Virus record (IMG/VR): IMGVR_UViG_3300044971_004534
Strand: one strand, 5' to 3'
Origin: a virus
Length of the DNA stretch: 64,000 nt
Shown here: positions 58,865 to 64,000 of the stretch, piece by piece
Position numbering within the stretch: the first letter of the stretch is position 1
How the letters are laid out: each line of letters begins with the position of its first letter
The notes under the pieces: generated by a model
Told to the model about the DNA's origin: nothing
What the model saw: only the letters and a program-made list of their open reading frames with translations
Databases searched by the model: none
Program-made: the position numbers and the translations under genes

Positions 58865-61800
58865 ATGGGTGATACCTATTCTAGTATTCTTAATCCAGAT
58901 TTAAGGCGAAGATTACGAGGCTTTTCAGCTTATTATCTTGGCGACTTGGTTCCACTGGGTTTTATTAAACCGTTTGAGGTTTTAAACTTAAGCGCTTCTC
59001 AAGAGCCATTGCCAAATTCTTATGAATTAAGCATTGATGGCTCTAATGTTCCTAATTCAGATCCGGTGACTCCAAAATATTTATTTAAATTTACTTCAAG
59101 TGAAGATGACTTAAAAGATCAAGATGGTCAGCCGTTGCAGCCTGATGAAAATGGAAAAATAGAAAAAGTATATGCAGTATATTTAGAATATGTGTGGCTT
59201 AGCAATACACGAGTTACGGATTCTCAGGGTCAGTATTCTATCGGAGGTTTTGGCATCCCGAGTAGTGGGCGTGTTATCTCAAAAAGAATACATGTAGTTA
59301 ATGATAAAAAATTTATTCCAGGCAATCAGGCAGTGTCTGGTGACGACTTGTATGTCATACCATCTGTTGAAGGGACAGGGATTGCTGGTGCAACGGCAAA
59401 AAAAGCTGTTAGCATTGAAGTTATCCCAGTATTTTTGGCTGATAAGGATAAGTATGCCGGTAAAATTTTGGGTCCATTTTTTGAGGAACCCAGATTTGGC
59501 GCAGCTAAAGTATCACTTTTGCCATCTAGAGCTTTGAGTTTGTGGCTTGGATTTGGTGGCGGTATAGACCTGCAAAGAGCGTTTGATCCAGGTGCGGCAG
59601 TTGAGGGATTTGCTGGTTTGGTTTTTGGTGCTGGATTGCTTGACCTACTTGCTGGCGCGACTGCTATCACATTGAGGATTACCTCTCCAGCTGTGTACAG
59701 GCCCTATACCATAAAAAACGGATATTCAATAGTTAATTCTTCCCAAACAATCTTTGATCAAGAAGTCACAATAACTTTTAATGATTTATTTGAAAGACAA
59801 GATGGTCAAGATGCTGGTTACAAAAAGAAGTTTATTGAGGGTGACAATTATGTACTAGTCAATAAGTCTTTAGGCGATAGTTTTGATTTTATATCTAATG
59901 TATTTGGTGTGTTTTTAAAGCCATTTGAATTTGAAGACTTGGAAAAAAGATATATAGGCAAAGGTCTCACTGATTCTACTGATCCTCGAGATGGAGTTTC
60001 GCAAACCAAATTTTTGTCTAAAGAGCCATGTGGTTTTGCTATCGTTAAAGATAAGATAATAACAAACATGTTTATGCGTCAGGTAAAAAAATTTAGAGGC
60101 CCAACAACCTCTATTCCAGAAGAGCAAATTCCTGGAGGTTCCGCACAAATTCAAATTTTTATACCAAAATCAAAAATATCACTAAATACAAGTTCTTTTC
60201 AACCACTTAAACTGTATGTAACTTATGAAATTGTAAAAGGTCCACAAATTAGACAGACAAATTCTTACAAACTTTTTGCAACTGCTGCTTCTGGTGTAGC
60301 TAATGTGGATGCTAAATCTTTTTATCAAAATCATGCTTTTGTTTATGATAAATTTTATGTAAGACCTGATGTCAAATACAATTTTGCAGAATCAGCAAAT
60401 AGATTTCCAATTATTGTCAATAACTTTGATTTTAGTGCCATAGCAAATTTGCGTGGCGTACCTGCTTTGTACGATTTTTCTGTCCCGCCAGAAGAATTTA
60501 AAGTTAGTCAAAATGTATTTAATGGATCAGACCCTGATGGAGATATTCCAAAAGTTACTGTCGGCACATATAGATTGGCAGCTAGAAGCGTTCAGGAAAG
60601 AAGTGACAATTTCATGCTTGCAGAAGGCATATTTGTTGCCGCCAATAACCTTGTACAAGATGGCACAAATTTGGGTGGAGGTATTGGCTATATAGATGGT
60701 GTAGGAAATTTTACTTTATTAATAAGTAAAAATGATATAGCTGACAAAGAATGGTGGCGCGACAATTTTGAAGCTCCTAACAATACTATTTTTGTTAATA
60801 GTTATCTAGATGATGGACCATCTATAATAGCAGTAAAATATGACAGGTCGTTGATTTCAAATAGTATGTTTACGGATGATGAAAAAATAGGATATGATTC
60901 TGTATTGGCAGATGCTTTAATGACTATCGAAAAGAAAAGTGATGGAGGATTTGGTGTAGGGATTTGTTTACTTGATTTTTTAAATGTTCAAAACTTTAAT
61001 CTTAAAAATGAAGTTTCTAGTTTTAAAAAATATGCATCTGAAATACAATCTGAAGAAGATAGCCAGTTATACTATGACTTATCTGAGGCTATATTCAGTG
61101 GTGTTGTTAATCCGAATTGGACTTTAAATATAATACAAATTTTACCACCCAGTTTGAGTTCAACTGGTCAAGAGACTGGTCGAGCCACAATAGTGGGAGA
61201 AAATTTTTGTTTTGATGTTTCTCCAATAGACATTAGTAGAAATGGCAGAGTGTTCTGGGAAGGAATGAGTGGCGTAAATGCCGCTTTGGGTGTTCAGCCA
61301 TATGAGCAGTTATGGATCAGGAGTAACGCTTATGATGTTAAGCTTGGCTTTGCTGCAGACTTAAAAAAATATATAGGATTATACGCGCAGTCTTATAACG
61401 GTAAGGTTAGAATATTTTCTGCCGATATGCCATCATTTGTTTTTAATAACTCTAATCCTGCTTTAGGTTTTGAGAATAACCAGGAAGTAATTGATGCTAA
61501 CAAGTCAGTTACTTCTTATAAATATCAAGACAGAAAATGGTTTGGTCTGCCTGTTGACAAAATGCCATTTCATCAATATGGTGGAGAGCTTGTGTCTAGT
61601 GAAGACTCTGGTTTTTATCAAGAGAACAAAGATGGTATTATTAATTATAAAGAATTGATATGGTCTTCTGGTGAAAGTATTGGGATTAAATATGAAACCC
61701 CAGCTGAAAATGGAGGGCAATTTGCATCTTTAACTTTTGATTCTGTTTACAGAGTAAGCTATATATCTATTAGCTTTAAGCCATTTGGAGATTCTAAAAG

Positions 61801-63541
61801 TAAAATTTCAAATGATAATTATTATTACAATATTGGCTTTGACGAGCCTCAGGGTGAAAGTTTTATAAAAAAAGAAGCAATTTCTTATGCTTATATGATG
61901 GGTGTTGGTGGAAGTAAAAACAATGGTCTATTATCAGAAGTCAACATTTATAACTGCGAATGTCAAAAAATGTATTTTTCAGGTCCATTTTTTGAAAAAT
62001 TTAAAAATGTAAAACCATTTTACATTAAGGTAAGAGTGTTTGAGGTAGACAACTATGACAAGTTTGTCTTTACTGCAAATGATTGTTTTCCTGCAATTGA
62101 TGGATATTCTCAGGGATATGTTGGGTTTTTAAATCTTAAAAATGGATCACCATCACTAGACGCATATATGACTGGAGATCACAATAGAAGATGGAAGTTA
62201 ATTAGAAACATTTTTCAATCTTTTGTTAATGAAAATATTTTTCAATGTGTTTTAAAGTCTGATCCACGAGGAAGTAAACTGTATTTTATGTTTTCTTTGA
62301 ATGGAAATTTATTGTGTAAACCTATTGATAGTTGGATGCTTTCAAAAACTAAATACTATGATCAGGGTATTGTGAGTAGTAATATATTTAATATAAGCAT
62401 TAGTACAGACAAATCAGTTATTGCCTTATCTCCTGTAGTCTATCACATTATACAGGGTCTTGATCAGTATTCTGAAAATCCTCAAGAATTTGACAATATC
62501 GCTAGACTTCAATCTGCTTATGTTGTACAGGCTAGATATACAGATAATGAATTTTTGTTAAAAGAAAATATTAATACTACTATATGTCAAAATATAAAAT
62601 TTAAAGGCGAATCTGAAAAGGCAAATCAATCATCTAGCTCAACAAGTAATAATCGTTCAATAATACAGATTGGGGATTATACTGTTAATATACCATCTTC
62701 TTCTTTTGGTTTATCAAAACTTTTTTATCCAAGAATAAATGTTCCTGCAATACCGATTATTGATGAAAACAATATAGATGATGATTGGGCTGTGAATCAG
62801 CCATATACTTTTGAAGTTATAGGAAATGGATCATTAGTAGCATTTTTATTAAAAGACGGATTTGTTCATATGAAGTGGAGTCAAAATGGACAAAATTGGA
62901 GTAACATTTTTAACATGAGCAGACTGTTTGGTTTTAGGCCCATTAAATGGGGAGTAAATGATCAAGATAGTTTTATTGACACAGAAAAAAATGAATACTT
63001 TCCTGGCTCGGCAGTTTCTATAGACAATATTTCTAGCTGCTATGATTTCCAATCTGGTAAGCTTACACTATTTTACATGATAGGCAACGCTATATTCGGT
63101 CAAAATTTTGATCTCTCTTCTTTTCAGGGGCTCAATAGCAGTAATAGTGTAGTCAAATATATGCAAACAAAAAATAATCCTAAGCATTCGCCCTACCATC
63201 CTTATTATGTAGTTGGAGAAATGCCATCAGGGATGGTAGAGGCCATAAGAGCAGGTAATAGTTTTGTTAATTTTGGCTTGATATCAGACGTAAATAGTCA
63301 AAGAATATCAGGTTTATCTCAGCTTGAAAAAAATATTGGAAGCAATGAGTCTATTATAAATTCATATTCTAATCTTAAAACCAACGGTAAGGCACCTGGT
63401 GCTTGTTACGTAGGTAATGACGTAATAAGGTTATATTATGAAGATGATAGTAATATTATAAGAGGCGTTACAATCACAAATAGTATTGTAAAGCCCGATC
63501 TTTTAACGATAAGTGATTCTGTTTTTTCGGAGCTTAATTAA
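58865..63541 (+). CDS. large distal tail/tip protein (1558 aa)
   Basis: Sits immediately downstream of the tape measure, where Dit/Tal-type proteins are encoded. No catalytic motif recognised. Has a hydrophobic Gly-rich segment near nt 59530-59680. Confidence 0.65.
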   Translation: MGDTYSSILNPDLRRRLRGFSAYYLGDLVPLGFIKPFEVLNLSASQEPLPNSYELSIDGSNVPNSDPVTPKYLFKFTSSEDDLKDQDGQPLQPDENGKIEKVYAVYLEYVWLSNTRVTDSQGQYSIGGFGIPSSGRVISKRIHVVNDKKFIPGNQAVSGDDLYVIPSVEGTGIAGATAKKAVSIEVIPVFLADKDKYAGKILGPFFEEPRFGAAKVSLLPSRALSLWLGFGGGIDLQRAFDPGAAVEGFAGLVFGAGLLDLLAGATAITLRITSPAVYRPYTIKNGYSIVNSSQTIFDQEVTITFNDLFERQDGQDAGYKKKFIEGDNYVLVNKSLGDSFDFISNVFGVFLKPFEFEDLEKRYIGKGLTDSTDPRDGVSQTKFLSKEPCGFAIVKDKIITNMFMRQVKKFRGPTTSIPEEQIPGGSAQIQIFIPKSKISLNTSSFQPLKLYVTYEIVKGPQIRQTNSYKLFATAASGVANVDAKSFYQNHAFVYDKFYVRPDVKYNFAESANRFPIIVNNFDFSAIANLRGVPALYDFSVPPEEFKVSQNVFNGSDPDGDIPKVTVGTYRLAARSVQERSDNFMLAEGIFVAANNLVQDGTNLGGGIGYIDGVGNFTLLISKNDIADKEWWRDNFEAPNNTIFVNSYLDDGPSIIAVKYDRSLISNSMFTDDEKIGYDSVLADALMTIEKKSDGGFGVGICLLDFLNVQNFNLKNEVSSFKKYASEIQSEEDSQLYYDLSEAIFSGVVNPNWTLNIIQILPPSLSSTGQETGRATIVGENFCFDVSPIDISRNGRVFWEGMSGVNAALGVQPYEQLWIRSNAYDVKLGFAADLKKYIGLYAQSYNGKVRIFSADMPSFVFNNSNPALGFENNQEVIDANKSVTSYKYQDRKWFGLPVDKMPFHQYGGELVSSEDSGFYQENKDGIINYKELIWSSGESIGIKYETPAENGGQFASLTFDSVYRVSYISISFKPFGDSKSKISNDNYYYNIGFDEPQGESFIKKEAISYAYMMGVGGSKNNGLLSEVNIYNCECQKMYFSGPFFEKFKNVKPFYIKVRVFEVDNYDKFVFTANDCFPAIDGYSQGYVGFLNLKNGSPSLDAYMTGDHNRRWKLIRNIFQSFVNENIFQCVLKSDPRGSKLYFMFSLNGNLLCKPIDSWMLSKTKYYDQGIVSSNIFNISISTDKSVIALSPVVYHIIQGLDQYSENPQEFDNIARLQSAYVVQARYTDNEFLLKENINTTICQNIKFKGESEKANQSSSSTSNNRSIIQIGDYTVNIPSSSFGLSKLFYPRINVPAIPIIDENNIDDDWAVNQPYTFEVIGNGSLVAFLLKDGFVHMKWSQNGQNWSNIFNMSRLFGFRPIKWGVNDQDSFIDTEKNEYFPGSAVSIDNISSCYDFQSGKLTLFYMIGNAIFGQNFDLSSFQGLNSSNSVVKYMQTKNNPKHSPYHPYYVVGEMPSGMVEAIRAGNSFVNFGLISDVNSQRISGLSQLEKNIGSNESIINSYSNLKTNGKAPGACYVGNDVIRLYYEDDSNIIRGVTITNSIVKPDLLTISDSVFSELN

Positions 63542-64000
63542 TGGTTGATGCTACTAACGGATGGGACAGTTCTGGCTACGTTGTCCCGCATAGCGCTGGT
63601 GTTGTGCGGATGGAAGTTACTATATTTCCAAATACAGTTCCTATTAGAAGTAGAATAAGACAGCATTATGCATATCAGTTTAACTCTTCTACTTTGGGTC
63701 AGGTTCAAACTAATGATATGAAAATTTTGGAAACAGTTGATGATGGAAATGCGTCAATAGGCATAACTTTCAAAAAGAATACAAATTATTTTCATACTGT
63801 ATGTGGTTTTTTGTTTACTGGTGAGGTTGCTGGAGTCAGCTCAGATGCAATTGAGTCTGCAAGTGGTAACGTTACAAAAGATCCATCTTATAACCCTAGA
63901 CTATCTAATGGCCGTTGGTTTTCAGACGATGGCGCTGATAGCTGTTATCCTACTGCTGCTGATTTGGTGAAAATGGAGCACCAAATATTTATTTTATCAG
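63541..64000 (+). CDS. hypothetical tail-region protein (3'-truncated by window edge)
   Basis: TAATG junction with the upstream gene. My translation MVDATNGWDSSGYVVPHSAGVVRMEVTIFPN... has no stop up to nt 64000. Confidence 0.6.
   Translation, partial: MVDATNGWDSSGYVVPHSAGVVRMEVTIFPNTVPIRSRIRQHYAYQFNSSTLGQVQTNDMKILETVDDGNASIGITFKKNTNYFHTVCGFLFTGEVAGVSSDAIESASGNVTKDPSYNPRLSNGRWFSDDGADSCYPTAADLVKMEHQIFILS

Noticed and set aside
1-64000. tRNA, rRNA, integrase, transposase or lysis genes, and the possibility that this is a eukaryotic giant-virus fragment.
   Set aside because: No tRNA-like cloverleaf sequence fits in the short intergenic gaps, and no recombinase or holin/endolysin motifs were recognised by eye. 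Several features argue for a bacterial tailed phage: terminase, portal, an HK97-type head gene order, a G/GT frameshift, SD motifs and a rho-independent terminator. Absence calls made by eye are weak and should be confirmed with tRNAscan-SE and profile searches.

Overview
This 64-kb window is AT-rich, with hand-counted 60-nt lines at about 25-28% GC in ordinary genes. It is almost gap-free and all but one gene lies on the plus strand. I read it as the late/morphogenesis region of a large, apparently novel tailed phage (Caudoviricetes). Whether it is a free phage or a prophage cannot be told from this window.

Gene order as I read it:
- Host-recognition block: giant repeat fibre gene (5'-truncated by the window edge), three tandem LamG paralogues, a second 1963-aa repeat fibre, three tandem glycine-rich paralogues, a methyltransferase-like ORF, a glycosyltransferase.
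- Large terminase, followed by about 8 kb of ORFans.
- Head module: portal with a C-terminal DUF559/Vsr-like nuclease domain, a 1923-aa prohead-protease/scaffold-like giant protein, a decoration-like protein, the major capsid protein, and the only strong intrinsic terminator in the window.
- CCA-adding enzyme.
- Accessory island: the single antisense gene (LamG), a GT4 glycosyltransferase, a subtilisin-like protease.
- Neck-like ORFs, phoH, an 863-aa ORFan, an actin-fold ATPase, and another glycosyltransferase-like ORF.
- Tail module: tail-tube-like protein, a chaperone pair with a canonical G GGA AAA -1 frameshift site, tape measure, a 1558-aa distal tail protein, and a 3'-truncated ORF.

Many gene junctions overlap (TAATG or ATGA), and Shine-Dalgarno-like GGAG/AGGAGG motifs precede many starts, which points to a bacterial host. 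By eye I recognised no rRNA, tRNA, CRISPR array, integrase, transposase, lysis gene or replication gene.

The observations I rate highest are:
- the portal-nuclease fusion;
- the giant protease-led head protein;
- the fibre + LamG + polyglycine-paralogue recognition locus;
- the actin-fold ATPase;
- the glycosyltransferase, methyltransferase and protease genes interleaved with virion genes.

All family assignments come from motif recognition by eye. No database search was possible.
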